Shown here: positions 1 through 12,600 of the stretch, in pieces
Numbering within the stretch: position 1 is the first letter of the stretch
Layout of the letters: every line of letters starts with the position of its first letter
Assembly: GCA_947449135.1 (NCBI GenBank)
Contig: CANFQO010000001.1
Location: 84,946 to 148,945 of the forward strand
Length of the DNA stretch: 64,000 nt
Direction: 5' to 3'
Source: Planctomycetaceae bacterium
Lineage (GTDB): Bacteria > Planctomycetota > Planctomycetia > Pirellulales > UBA1268
Position numbers and translations under genes: made by a program
The notes under the pieces: generated by a model
Databases searched by the model: none
Seen by the model: only the letters and a program-made list of their open reading frames with translations
Told to the model about the DNA's origin: nothing

Positions 1-498
1 CTGGAACTGGCGGGGCTGCCGGCTCCGGAGGGCCAGCAACTCGACGGAATGAGCCTCGTACCGGTCTTTCAAGGTGCAGCCACGCTGCCGCGTCCGCGGC
101 TGTTCTGGCACTTTCCCTGTTACGTGGGGCGGGCAACGCCGTCGAGTGCCGTCCGTGAAGGGGATTTTAAGCTCGTCGAGTTTTTCGAGGATGGCGGCCG
201 CGCCGAACTCTACAACCTGCGTGACGATCCGCATGAGGAGCGGAATCTTGCCGCCAAGCTGCCGGCCAAGGCAGCCACGCTGTCGCGGAGTCTCCATGAC
301 TGGCAGCGGGAGACGGGAGCCGCGATCCCCGGCGATGCCAACCCTGCATACGACCCTCAGGCCGAGCGGCCACGGGGCAGCCAGCCGGGAAGCCAGCGCG
401 GCCAGCCAGGAGGCCAAGGCGAACAGCGGGCGAAGGCAGGCCGGGGCGGGAGCGAACGCCGTGGTAGGCCTGGTCGACAGCCGTCGAACTCTCAGTAG
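1..498 (+). CDS. Sulfatase family protein, C-terminal part (5' end outside window)
   Basis: Frame 1 is open from nt 1 (LELAGLPAPEGQQLDGMSLVPVF...GDFKLVEFFEDGGRAELYNLRDDPHEERNLA). This is the conserved C-terminal sulfatase block and resembles the C-termini of the sulfatases at 21859-24696 and 63297-64000. It ends in a G/Q/R-rich tail; stop at 496-498. Confidence 0.8.
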   Translation: MELAGLPAPEGQQLDGMSLVPVFQGAATLPRPRLFWHFPCYVGRATPSSAVREGDFKLVEFFEDGGRAELYNLRDDPHEERNLAAKLPAKAATLSRSLHDWQRETGAAIPGDANPAYDPQAERPRGSQPGSQRGQPGGQGEQRAKAGRGGSERRGRPGRQPSNSQ

Positions 499-544
499 AA
501 AACTCGTTCCAACGAGCTGAATTCGACGTGGGAGTCTGCGACCC

Positions 545-757
545 TTACCGCTGAGCCAGCAGCATCCGCAGCTGCTGGAAGGCCGCGCCGCAAGAGGCGA
601 CAACCGTGCCCTCATCGATCCCACACTCTCTGGCGATCGCTTTTCTGTCTAAGCCCATGAGCCACATTTCCATGAGCCGGCGTGACTGGGGATCGAGCCA
701 GATCATGGCATCTTCAAGGCGGCTCTGGCTCTCGACGTCCAATGCGTGGTAGTGCAT
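545..757 (-). CDS. Stand-alone sigma-70 region-4 / LuxR-type HTH mini-protein (70 aa)
   Basis: LDPQSRRLMEMWLMGLDRKAIARECGIDEGTVVASCGAAFQQLRMLL fits the sigma-70 region-4 helix-turn-helix pattern. No sigma region-2-like frame is present in the 255 bp upstream (758-1012). Confidence 0.5.
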   Translation of the reverse strand: MHYHALDVESQSRLEDAMIWLDPQSRRLMEMWLMGLDRKAIARECGIDEGTVVASCGAAFQQLRMLLAQR

Positions 758-1012
758 TCGGTCGCTCCGCGTTCCTTCCGTCCTTGGCGACTCCGGCGTG
801 ACTGCGCCCGAGTGCTATTTTCCCCAACCCATGGGGCACGAGCATACAGAGTGCTGCTAGCGTCTTACAACAGACAATTCAGGCCCGCCCGTTCAGAAGC
901 CACTCGGAACACCATCAGTGGGGTGTTCCAATCGCTCATCGGAGGTCGCTCTGCTCGCTGCCGATGCGACAGCGCCACTGAGTGGAAAACGGCATTGACC
1001 ACAACCGGCTGA

Positions 1013-2623
1013 CTAGCCGCGGGCGGCACGGGCCAGGAAATGGTGGAACGAGTCGGCCAGAGCAAGCCAGCTCGCCTCGATCACATTCTCGCTCACGCCC
1101 ACCGTACCCCAGACTGCCTCGCCGTCGGTGCTCTCGATCGACACGCGAACCTTCGCGGCCGTGCCCTCCTGGGCATTGATCACGCGGACCTTGTAGTCGA
1201 GCAGGTGCATTCGATCGAGGGCAGGATAGACCTCGGAGAGAGCCTTTCGGAGGGCGGCATCAAGGGCGTTCACAGGGCCATCCCCTTCAGCAACCTCGTG
1301 CCGCTGCACACCGCCCACCACCAGCTTCACAGTCGCCTCGGTCGTCACGGCTGCGTCCGTTGGCCCGCTGCCGTCGGCGCCGTCGCGGCTGTCGACGGCG
1401 ACGTTATAGGCCAGCTTTTCGAACGCCGGCCGGAACGTGCCGGCGCAGCGGTCAACGAGCAGATCGAATGACGCCCCGGCCGCCTCGAACTGCCAGCCCT
1501 CGTTTTCGAGGCGGCAGACCTCCGCCAGCACCCTGTCCAGCAGCGCCCGATCGTTCTTCACGTCGGGCCGATTCACGAGCGCGGCGATGTTGGAGCGGCC
1601 AGACAACTCGCTGACAAGGATCCGCCGCGAATTGCCCACCGATTCAGGCGGGATGTGCTCGTACGACTCGGTTGCCTTGGCGACCGCGTGCACGTGCATG
1701 CCCCCCTTGTGGGCAAAGGCGCTCGTGCCGACGAACGGCTGCCCGGGCCGATAGCTCATGTTCGCCGTCTCGTAGACGAAGCGGGAGAGCTCCGTGAGGT
1801 GCACCGCACCCGCATCACCACCGCCAAGCACCGAATAGCCTGACAGTTTGATCGCGAGGTTGGCCACGACGGAGATCAGGTCGGCATTGCCGCACCGCTC
1901 ACCGATCCCATTGATCGTGCCCTGCACCTGGACCGCACCCGCGGCGACGGCCGAGAGCGAATTGGCGACTGCCACATCGCAATCGTTGTGGCAGTGAATG
2001 GCCAGAGGAACATGCTTGCCGCCAGCCTTGAGCGAGGCAGACGCCTCGCCGACGAGCCTCGCGATTTCGTCGGGCAGCGTGCCGCCATTGGTGTCGCAGA
2101 GCACGATCCGCGTCGCCCCCGCCCGCGCTGCCGACAGAAGCGTCTCGACCGAGTAATCGCGGTCGAGCCTCCAACCGTCGAAGAAGTGCTCGGCATCATA
2201 GAAGACCTCGCGGCCAGACCCAACCAGAAAGGCGACCGTATCAAATATCATGGCGAGGTTTTCCTCGCGCGACACGCCAAGGACTTCGGTGACGTGGAAG
2301 GCCGAAGTCTTGCCCACGATCGTGACCACGCTCGTGCCAGCGTCGAGCAGGGCCTTCATGCCTGGATCCTCGGAGGCCGTCATGCCGCGGCGACGGGTCA
2401 TGCCGAAGGCGCAGATCCGCGAGTGACGCAGCTTCAGTTCACGGGCCCGGGCGAAATACTGCGAGTCCTTGGGATTCGAGAGGGGATAGCCACCCTCGAT
2501 AAAGTCGATGCCGGCCTCGTCGAGCCGCCGCGTGATTGCGAGCTTGTCCTCGAGCGAAAAATTGACGCCCTCGCCCTGCGAGCCGTCGCGGAGTGTCGTG
2601 TCGTAGATTTCGATCGTGCGCAC
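1013..2623 (-). CDS. cimA: Citramalate synthase (LeuA/CimA family)
   Basis: N-terminal IEIYDTTLRDGSQGEGVNFSLEDKLAITRRLDEAGIDFIEGGYPLSNPKD and HCHNDCDVAVANS blocks are typical of CimA-type HMGL-like synthases, and a C-terminal LeuA-dimer-like region is present. Start set at GTG 2623 (AGAGGA about 10 nt upstream), because the longest ORF (to 2839) overlaps the upstream channel gene. Confidence 0.85.
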   Translation of the reverse strand: MRTIEIYDTTLRDGSQGEGVNFSLEDKLAITRRLDEAGIDFIEGGYPLSNPKDSQYFARARELKLRHSRICAFGMTRRRGMTASEDPGMKALLDAGTSVVTIVGKTSAFHVTEVLGVSREENLAMIFDTVAFLVGSGREVFYDAEHFFDGWRLDRDYSVETLLSAARAGATRIVLCDTNGGTLPDEIARLVGEASASLKAGGKHVPLAIHCHNDCDVAVANSLSAVAAGAVQVQGTINGIGERCGNADLISVVANLAIKLSGYSVLGGGDAGAVHLTELSRFVYETANMSYRPGQPFVGTSAFAHKGGMHVHAVAKATESYEHIPPESVGNSRRILVSELSGRSNIAALVNRPDVKNDRALLDRVLAEVCRLENEGWQFEAAGASFDLLVDRCAGTFRPAFEKLAYNVAVDSRDGADGSGPTDAAVTTEATVKLVVGGVQRHEVAEGDGPVNALDAALRKALSEVYPALDRMHLLDYKVRVINAQEGTAAKVRVSIESTDGEAVWGTVGVSENVIEASWLALADSFHHFLARAARG

Positions 2624-2699
2624 GGATGACGTCCTCTGCTGCCGCCTGCCTGTATTCGAACCGCCGAGTATAGCCAGCAAGCAGTCGACTTGCCGGGGG

Positions 2700-3416
2700 C
2701 TACCAACAACCCTTTTCGGATTCCCCGGCCGCCGGCATCGAGGTAATCCGGGCGATGAGCGTGGCGGGATAGAGAATGCCACAGAGGCCCTCGAGCGCCG
2801 CCACCGCGCAGGGCCACGACCCCACGGGTGACATGTCACTGAAACCCGCGGTAGTCAGTGTGGAAAAACTCAACCAGAGGAAGTCGACGTAGCGCTGTGA
2901 CCGCCCCGCCTCGAGCGTTGCCGAGAGGTTGTACCTGCCGAGGTCGAGCGCAAAAACGAGGCCATGAGCAAACGCGAACACGAAGCCGATCATCACAAAG
3001 CTGGCCGCGCCGCAGAGGATCCGCTGCGATGGACGGAGATTCGCGCTGAAGGCGTATTGCACGCTCAGGTAGGCCGTGGCGACGTACGTGGCCGCGAGAG
3101 ACGCGATCAGCGGTGCCCTGCTTTGCAACGTGACATCCCGGTTTCCCCACTCCCAAAGGAGGGCCAGTGCTCCGATGATTCCCAGCGTCAGCGACAGCCT
3201 GCGATACCCCAGAAACACGAGGGTGAGGAGCGACAAGAGCGACGCGACCATCACTTGCTGCAGCGGAGCTGTTGGGCCGCCTTGATCGAACACCGGGATC
3301 AGCACGAGCAACAGAATCTGCCCAAGAAAAACCAATAGGCCGTGGTAGGGCATGGCTTTCACCCGTTGGAGCCAGAGAAATGGCTGCGCGGGCGGGGGCA
3401 CAGTCGATTCGTTCAT
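2700..3416 (-). CDS. Ion-channel family membrane protein (pore-loop TLTTAGFSD)
   Basis: Polytopic hydrophobic protein. Its C-terminal pore helix and filter-like segment, DFLWLSFSTLTTAGFSDMSP, is followed by a final TM helix (Ion_trans_2-like). Confidence 0.6.
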   Translation of the reverse strand: MNESTVPPPAQPFLWLQRVKAMPYHGLLVFLGQILLLVLIPVFDQGGPTAPLQQVMVASLLSLLTLVFLGYRRLSLTLGIIGALALLWEWGNRDVTLQSRAPLIASLAATYVATAYLSVQYAFSANLRPSQRILCGAASFVMIGFVFAFAHGLVFALDLGRYNLSATLEAGRSQRYVDFLWLSFSTLTTAGFSDMSPVGSWPCAVAALEGLCGILYPATLIARITSMPAAGESEKGCW

Positions 3417-3419
3417 GGG

Positions 3420-6242
<2,823 letters not shown>

Positions 6243-6460
6243 CTGGGAGTCCTTTCCTTCCAAACGCGCGGCATCCATTCAAACTCTACAAGCCGGTTTC
6301 TGGCACGGCGGCAACGCTCGCGGGCCGGACCCACTCGTTTCGTGCTGACTGTGACGGTTGTGCCGACTTCCGGACATCTGCCGCCGCGGCACGTGCCGGG
6401 CGGCCGATCCAAGGGACGCCGGCGGATTCGCCGTGATGAGAACCCCTGAGCGACCTGACG

Positions 6461-7420
6461 ATGATCGATCAGTCCACAGCGAGCCTGGGGCTGGGTGTCG
6501 CCGCCGGACTGGCCGCTGCGTTTTTTAGCGCCATCTCCTATCTCGTCTCGCGGCATCACGGCATGCAGCAGCGAGCCCTGGGACGGCAGGGGGTTGCGCT
6601 GCGGCTACTCACTCTCGCGCATCTTCTCATGGCGGTAGTCTGCATCCCGATCACCGTGGCCCTCTGGCCGAACGCAGCACCCAGGTTGCCGGACTTTCTA
6701 TTCCCGCTGGCCGCCTCGGTCGGCTTCTACCTGCTCGGGCAATCCTCGCTCTTCGCCGCCCTGAAGCGGGTGGAGGCGTCTCGGATTGCGCCGCTGTTGG
6801 GCTTGAAGATCGTGATGCTCGCGGCGATCGTGTCATTCGTGCTGGGGCACATCCTCGACACGCGGCAGTGGCTGGCCGTGGCGCTGAGTGTTGTCGCGGC
6901 GATGCTTCTTCAAGCGGGCAGGGGCGGGGTGTCAGCGGGAGCTTTCGGCCTGGTTCTGTCGTGCTGTCTCTCGTTCGCGATCTCCGACCTCTGGATCGTC
7001 CAACTGATCGACGGCCTGCAAGCCGGGGCCGTGGCGTCCGGGGGCTCGATCAGTCGGATGCATGCCGGCGGCCTGGCCATGGCGCTCACCTACGGCCTGT
7101 GCGGGGTGGTCTTTGCACCGCTGGCGATTGGCCTGCGGCCGCACACGCGGGCCGACTGGCAGGCATCGGCCCAATATGCCGCGGCGTGGCTTCTCTCGAT
7201 GGTGGGGCTCTACTGCTGCTTCGGACTGGTGGGAGTGGTGTTTGGCAACATCCTGCAGTCCACCCGCGGGGTGATGTCGGTCGCAATCGGTGCGGCACTG
7301 GCCCATCTGGGCTGGCACGAACTGGAGCAGCGTGTCGACCGCGCAACGCTCCTGCGGCGACTGACCGCGGCCCTGCTGATGACAGCCGCGATTGCACTCT
7401 ACGTGATCGACCTGTCGTAG
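6461..7420 (+). CDS. EamA/DMT-like polytopic membrane transporter
   Basis: About 10 hydrophobic helices in two similar halves. The pattern ...ALKRVEASRIAPLLGLKIVMLAAIVSFVLGHILDTRQWLAVALSVVAAMLLQ is typical of an EamA repeat. Confidence 0.6.
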   Translation: MIDQSTASLGLGVAAGLAAAFFSAISYLVSRHHGMQQRALGRQGVALRLLTLAHLLMAVVCIPITVALWPNAAPRLPDFLFPLAASVGFYLLGQSSLFAALKRVEASRIAPLLGLKIVMLAAIVSFVLGHILDTRQWLAVALSVVAAMLLQAGRGGVSAGAFGLVLSCCLSFAISDLWIVQLIDGLQAGAVASGGSISRMHAGGLAMALTYGLCGVVFAPLAIGLRPHTRADWQASAQYAAAWLLSMVGLYCCFGLVGVVFGNILQSTRGVMSVAIGAALAHLGWHELEQRVDRATLLRRLTAALLMTAAIALYVIDLS

Positions 7421-7478
7421 GTCCGTCGGGGGTCGCCCCGACTTCCTTCGAAGGGCGTCGTCATCGAATTCAGCTGGC

Positions 7479-8201
7479 CTACTTCCCGTCGTCTGCACGT
7501 CGGATCGCGAGTTGCACTTCGGAGACCTTGGCAAACCCGGGAACGAACGGGCTGTTGTATGCCATCGTCCGCGGCTCACCTTCTGCCACCCACTCCGGGT
7601 GATCGGCCAGCCATACCTGCAGTTGTTTGTAGCCCCGCTCAAATGTCGATGCGTCATAGCCACCACGGAGGGCTATCGACACGACCCTGATCGGCTGAAT
7701 GTCATCAACGACCACCCGTGAGTCCTTGGGGTCGCCTCCGGCCTGGCCAATCGTCGGGGCGGCGTAGAGAAACGCCATAGACTCCGGGTTCTTCGCGAGA
7801 CTGCCATCCTCGGCACGCCACGACATCTCCACTGGCGCCGTCATCGCAATCTCGTTTCGCTCGATATGACGAAATAGTTGCATGAACATCCCGTTCTCTT
7901 TTCCAGAGGACGTCACCTTTGCAAGCCGGTACGCGGGGTAGCTCTTGATGACAACCTCATTGATGGGGCCTGGCTGCGGGAATCCGACCGGCAGATTCGC
8001 CTCCGAAAACATCCACGGCTTCTTCCCGCTCGGCTCGGCCACAGGCTTCTCCTCGGCGACTGACTGGGCCACACCCGTAGCCGTGACCAGCAGGGCTACA
8101 CACATCGACAGAGTACCCCGCCAACGCATCCGCATGGTTTGTGAACGACGCATACTCAAGACACCTCTGACAGCATTGTATCGCTGACTAGAATGCATCA
8201 C
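7479..8201 (-). CDS. SOUL heme-binding-like secreted protein
   Basis: YPAYRLAKV...FMQLFRHIERNEIAMTAPVEMS and ...VVSIALRGGY... match the SOUL/HBP pattern (MTAPV block). Signal peptide MRMRWRGTLSMCVALLVTATGVAQS, so the true start may be 8153 or 8135 rather than 8201. Confidence 0.6.
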   Translation of the reverse strand: MMHSSQRYNAVRGVLSMRRSQTMRMRWRGTLSMCVALLVTATGVAQSVAEEKPVAEPSGKKPWMFSEANLPVGFPQPGPINEVVIKSYPAYRLAKVTSSGKENGMFMQLFRHIERNEIAMTAPVEMSWRAEDGSLAKNPESMAFLYAAPTIGQAGGDPKDSRVVVDDIQPIRVVSIALRGGYDASTFERGYKQLQVWLADHPEWVAEGEPRTMAYNSPFVPGFAKVSEVQLAIRRADDGK

Positions 8202-8204
8202 TGG

Positions 8205-9644
8205 CTACGCTAGGATGCCCTTGACGACCTTGCCGTGGACGTCGGTGAGCCGGTAACGACGGCCCTGGAACTTGTAGGTCAGCCGCTCGTGGTCGATGCC
8301 CAAGAGGTGAAGCATCGTGGCGTGGAAGTCATGCACGTGCACACCGTCCTTTACCACGTTGTAGCCGTATTCGCAGGTCTCACCGTATGTCGTGCCCGGC
8401 CTGATGCCGCCGCCGGCCATCCACGAGGTGAAGCAGCGTGGATGGTGGTCGCGGCCGAAGTCCATGCCCGGCTTGTAGAGCCCCTGGCAGTAGTTCGTGC
8501 GACCAAACTCCCCGCCCCAGATGACGAGCGTGTCGTCGAGCATGCCACGGTCGGCCAGATCCGCCACCAGTGCTGCGGCAGGCTGATCGGTCTGCTTGCA
8601 CTCCGACTTGATCATATTCGGCAGACCACCGTGATGATCCCAGTCTTGGTGATAGAGCTGGATGAACCGCACGCCCCGCTCCGCCAGCCGCCGCGCCAGC
8701 ACGCAGTTTGCCGCGAATGTGCCCGGCTTCTTCACATCCGGACCGTATTTTTCCAGCACGTGCGCCGGCTCGTCCGAGAAATCGGCCACCTCAGGCACAC
8801 TCGCCTGCATCCTGAAAGCCATCTCGTAGTTGGCGATCCGCGCCGTGATCTCGGCGTCGGGAAGAGCCGCAAACTCATGCTCATGAAGCTGCCGCAGGCC
8901 GTCGAGCAGCTGCCGGCGGTTTTCCGGCGAGACCCCCGCGGGGTTGTTGAGGTAGAGCACCGGATCGCCGCCGGAGCGGAACCGCACCGCCTGATGCTTC
9001 GTCGGCAGAAATCCCGCGCCCCAGAGATGTGACATCAGCGGCTGACCGCCCTTGTCCTTCGTGAGAAGCACCACGAACGAGGGCAGGTCGTCATGGGCAT
9101 TGCCGAGGCCATAGTCGAGCCAGGCACCGATGCTCGGGCGGCCTGGAATCTGGGAGCCGCTCTGCATAAACGTCACGCCGGGCCCGTGGTTGATGCTTTC
9201 GGTGTGCATCGTGCGGATGAAGCAGAGCCGGTCGGCAATCTTCGCCGTATGTGGAAGCAGTTCGGAGAGCCAGGCTCCCGAGTCGCCGTATTGCGAGAAC
9301 TTGAAGGGCGAGCCGACCAGCGGAATCGAACTCTGGTTGCCCGACATGCCGGTAAGCCGCTGCCCGCCGCGCACGCTGTCGGGGAGCTGCTCGCCGGTCC
9401 TCTCGACGAGCAGTGGCTTGTGGTCGTAAAGATCGAGCTGCGACGGTCCGCCCGACTGGAAGAGATAGATCACCCGCTTCGCCTTGGGCGGAAAATGAAA
9501 ACCGCCCAGCACGCCACCCGCCCCATCCGCAGCGGCTTCGTCGGCCGCCGTGCTCCTGCCGAGCAGATCGGCCAGCGCCATGCCGCCGAGCCCCATGCCA
9601 AACGAGCCGAGCCACTCCCGGCGATTCATTGGATAGCGATGCAT
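8205..9644 (-). CDS. DUF1501 family protein (sulfatase/alkaline-phosphatase-like fold, TAT signal)
   Basis: Twin-arginine leader MNRREWLGSFGMGLGGMALADLLG. The blocks VIYLFQSGGPSQLDLYDHKP and WDHHGG...VIWGGEFGRT...GRDHHP are typical of planctomycete DUF1501 proteins. It starts 4 nt after the stop of the upstream DUF1553 gene. Confidence 0.85.
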   Translation of the reverse strand: MHRYPMNRREWLGSFGMGLGGMALADLLGRSTAADEAAADGAGGVLGGFHFPPKAKRVIYLFQSGGPSQLDLYDHKPLLVERTGEQLPDSVRGGQRLTGMSGNQSSIPLVGSPFKFSQYGDSGAWLSELLPHTAKIADRLCFIRTMHTESINHGPGVTFMQSGSQIPGRPSIGAWLDYGLGNAHDDLPSFVVLLTKDKGGQPLMSHLWGAGFLPTKHQAVRFRSGGDPVLYLNNPAGVSPENRRQLLDGLRQLHEHEFAALPDAEITARIANYEMAFRMQASVPEVADFSDEPAHVLEKYGPDVKKPGTFAANCVLARRLAERGVRFIQLYHQDWDHHGGLPNMIKSECKQTDQPAAALVADLADRGMLDDTLVIWGGEFGRTNYCQGLYKPGMDFGRDHHPRCFTSWMAGGGIRPGTTYGETCEYGYNVVKDGVHVHDFHATMLHLLGIDHERLTYKFQGRRYRLTDVHGKVVKGILA

Positions 9645-9648
9645 CGTC

Positions 9649-12600
9649 TCACCTCTTCACGACGCAGCCGTCGTAGTTCATCAGGGCATTGACCACGCCG
9701 GTGACTGCGGCCACGTCGACGGCCGGCAGCGCGGTATTCGGCGTGGTATCGCCAATCGATACGAGCTTCCCGGCGTCGTCTGGATGAGCCCGATACCAGT
9801 CCAGTTGCTCCGCATGCATGCGGCGGAGAATCTCACGTTCCTCGTCGTCCGGCTGACGGCTGGTGAGGAGTTCAAATGCCTTTCCAAGCATGGAATCGAC
9901 CCGCCCCGCAGAGTTGTTCTCTGGATACTCGACCAGCAACTTCTCGGCGAGCACCCGCGCCGCCTCCACAAACTGTGGCCCGTTCATCAGCACGTAGGCA
10001 TGGAGCGGCGTGTTGGTCGCATCCCGCTTCGCCACACAGACCACCCGCTTGGGCACGTCGAAGCTTTCGAGCACCGGGGCGGGGCCCGTCCGCCGCCAGA
10101 ACGTGTAGAGGCTGCGACGGTAGAGCGATTCGCCCTTGTCGGCAGCGGCAGGCTTAAACGATTCCGGTAGGTCGTAGGTATTCACCGGCGGTCCGCCGGT
10201 CTTGTCTATCAAGAGCCCGCATGACGACAGGATTCCGTCACGGATCATTTCCGCCGGCAGGCGATGGCGGGGCCCGCGGGCCAGCCAGAGGTTGAGCGGA
10301 TCGTCGGCCATCACCTGGGCATCGGCCATGCTCCGCTGCCGGTAGGTCTGCGACAGCATGATCGTCTTCATGAGCTGCTTCATGTCCCAGGCAGGAGCGA
10401 CTGGGCCCGCGACTACCGAAGAAAAGCCATGGGAAAACTCCCACGCCAGACAATCGAGCACCTCCGGATATTCAGGACGCGTCGACTGGCTACCGAGATC
10501 CTCCGGGCTCTTCACGAGCCCCAGCCCAAAGAGCGACTGCCAGATCCGGTTGACCGTCACCCGGGCCAGCAGCGGATGATTGGGATCGGTCAGCCAGCGT
10601 GCCAGGCCCAGCCGATTCCGCGGCTGATCGGCGGGGAAGGGAGGCAGCGCGGCGGGCGTATCGGGCTGCACTGGCTCGCCCCGCTTGTCGTAGTCGCCGC
10701 GGTTGAGCACATAGGCCGGCTTCGGCTGCGACAGCTCCCGCATCACCATGATCTCCTGCGGTTTCTCCGCGAGATCGTCGCGGGCACGACGCGTGTCTTC
10801 CAAGGCCGTCCGCTTCACGGCCGCGGCCTCATCGAAGGCGGCAGCCCAATAGCCACCGAGCAGCTCTGCATCCTGCTTGGCGGAAAGCACTGCGTGAATC
10901 GCACCCGGCTGGAAGAGATCGCGGACCTCGAGCGGCGACAGTCGGCGGTCGAAGACGCGGAAGTCGTCGACAAGCCCGTCCTTGAATCCATGGTCGCGCA
11001 TCCGTTCACCGATCCGGATGTGGTCGCCACCACCGCCGGTGATCTCTCGGGTGAGACTGTCACGAACCACCTCCGTCGCCGCCGGATGCCCGTTCACGAA
11101 GACCTTCAGGCCTGCTGCTTTGCTGGAGCCATCGTTCGACACCGCGACATGCACCCACTCGCCGACGGGCAATGGCTCGGCCACGCGGACTGCGATCGCA
11201 TCGCCTGGCCAATAGTGGATAAGCGACCACTGCAGGTGGCCATCGAGAACGAGGAGTTCGTAGCCGCGGCTGGCGGCATCGGTCCAGGCCTGCGAGCGAT
11301 GGAAGATGACGGCCCGCTCATACCGGCTCGGTGCCTTGAGCCAGAGCGAGACCGTAAAGGGCTCGCTCCGTCGGAAATTGCCGACCGGCGTCTGCACTGG
11401 ATCGTCGCCCGTGAGTTTTACGGCGGCACCGGTGTGCCCCTCGACGAGTACGTTCTCTGGAGGCGATGTGGCGGCATGGTCCTTCGGCTTGTCGACCTTC
11501 TCCTGCGGGCTTTTTTCAGCTTCCGCGGTCGTGCCGTCGACAGGTTCATCGGGGACGACGGGCTGCGCCTGTGGCTCTGGATCGAGAAGACTGGCAAACC
11601 GACCGTCTTCGCGGCGTGCGTCAAATGAGTAGCGGACGAGTTCGCCGGGAATTGTGCTCGCCTGCTCGCCGCCAAGCCCGACCGGCATCTCGGCTCTGCC
11701 GGCAATCCAGTCGGCCACTCTGGCACGGGCGACCGCCTCGACCCGCACCATTTCCGCCTCGGCTTCGGCGGCGGCCTCGTCGGCCCTGGCGAGCGACGTG
11801 GCCATTGCATCGTCCACCAATCGCAGTTTTGGCGTGGGCACGGCAGGCGTGAAGAAGGAGTAGAGCCCAGCCTCGTCGACATCGTCGAAGAAGGCAAAGA
11901 ACTGATAGAACTCGCGCTGTGAGAGCGGATCAAACTTGTGATCGTGGCAGCGGCAGCATTCGAGCGTGAGTCCGAGGAATGCCGTGCCGAACGTCGTCAC
12001 GCGGTCGTTGACCGAGTTGACCCGATACTCCTCCTCGACCGATCCACCCTCGCACTCCTGCTGGTGCAGTCGGTTGAACGCAGTGGCGAGGATCTGCTCG
12101 TCGGTGGCATGCGGCAGTAGGTCGCCGGCGAGCTGCCACGTGGTGAACTGATCCCAGGGCAGGTTGTCGTTGAAGGCGGCGATCACCCAGTCCCGCCACG
12201 GCCACATCGGCCGCTCGCGGTCGACCTGGAAGCCGTAGCTGTCGGAGTAGCGGGCAAGGTCCATCCAGTCAGCCGCCATTCGCTCGCCATAGCGCGGATT
12301 GGCCAGCAGCCTATCGAGGAGTTTTTCGTAGGCGTTTGGAGAGGCATCGGTGAGAAATGCCGCGACCTCGTCGGGGGTTGGCGGCAGGCCCGTGATGTCG
12401 AAGCTGGCTCTGCGAATGAGCGTGGTCTTATCGGCCTCGGGCTGCGGCTTGATCCCCCGCTGTGCCATTTTCGCCCGCACGATCCGGTCGATCGGATGCA
12501 GTCCAGATGCAGCGTCAGGCTGCGCAGAGGCCGCGGGAATCTCGGGCTTGTAGACCGGCACGAACGCCCAGTGCGGCTCATAGGCTGCACCTTCGGCAAT

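Noticed and set aside
2624-2839. 5' extension of the cimA ORF (MTCHPWGRGPARW...)
   Set aside because: It overlaps the 3' end of the channel gene and has an R/P-rich composition. The conserved CimA N-terminus begins at the GTG at 2623.
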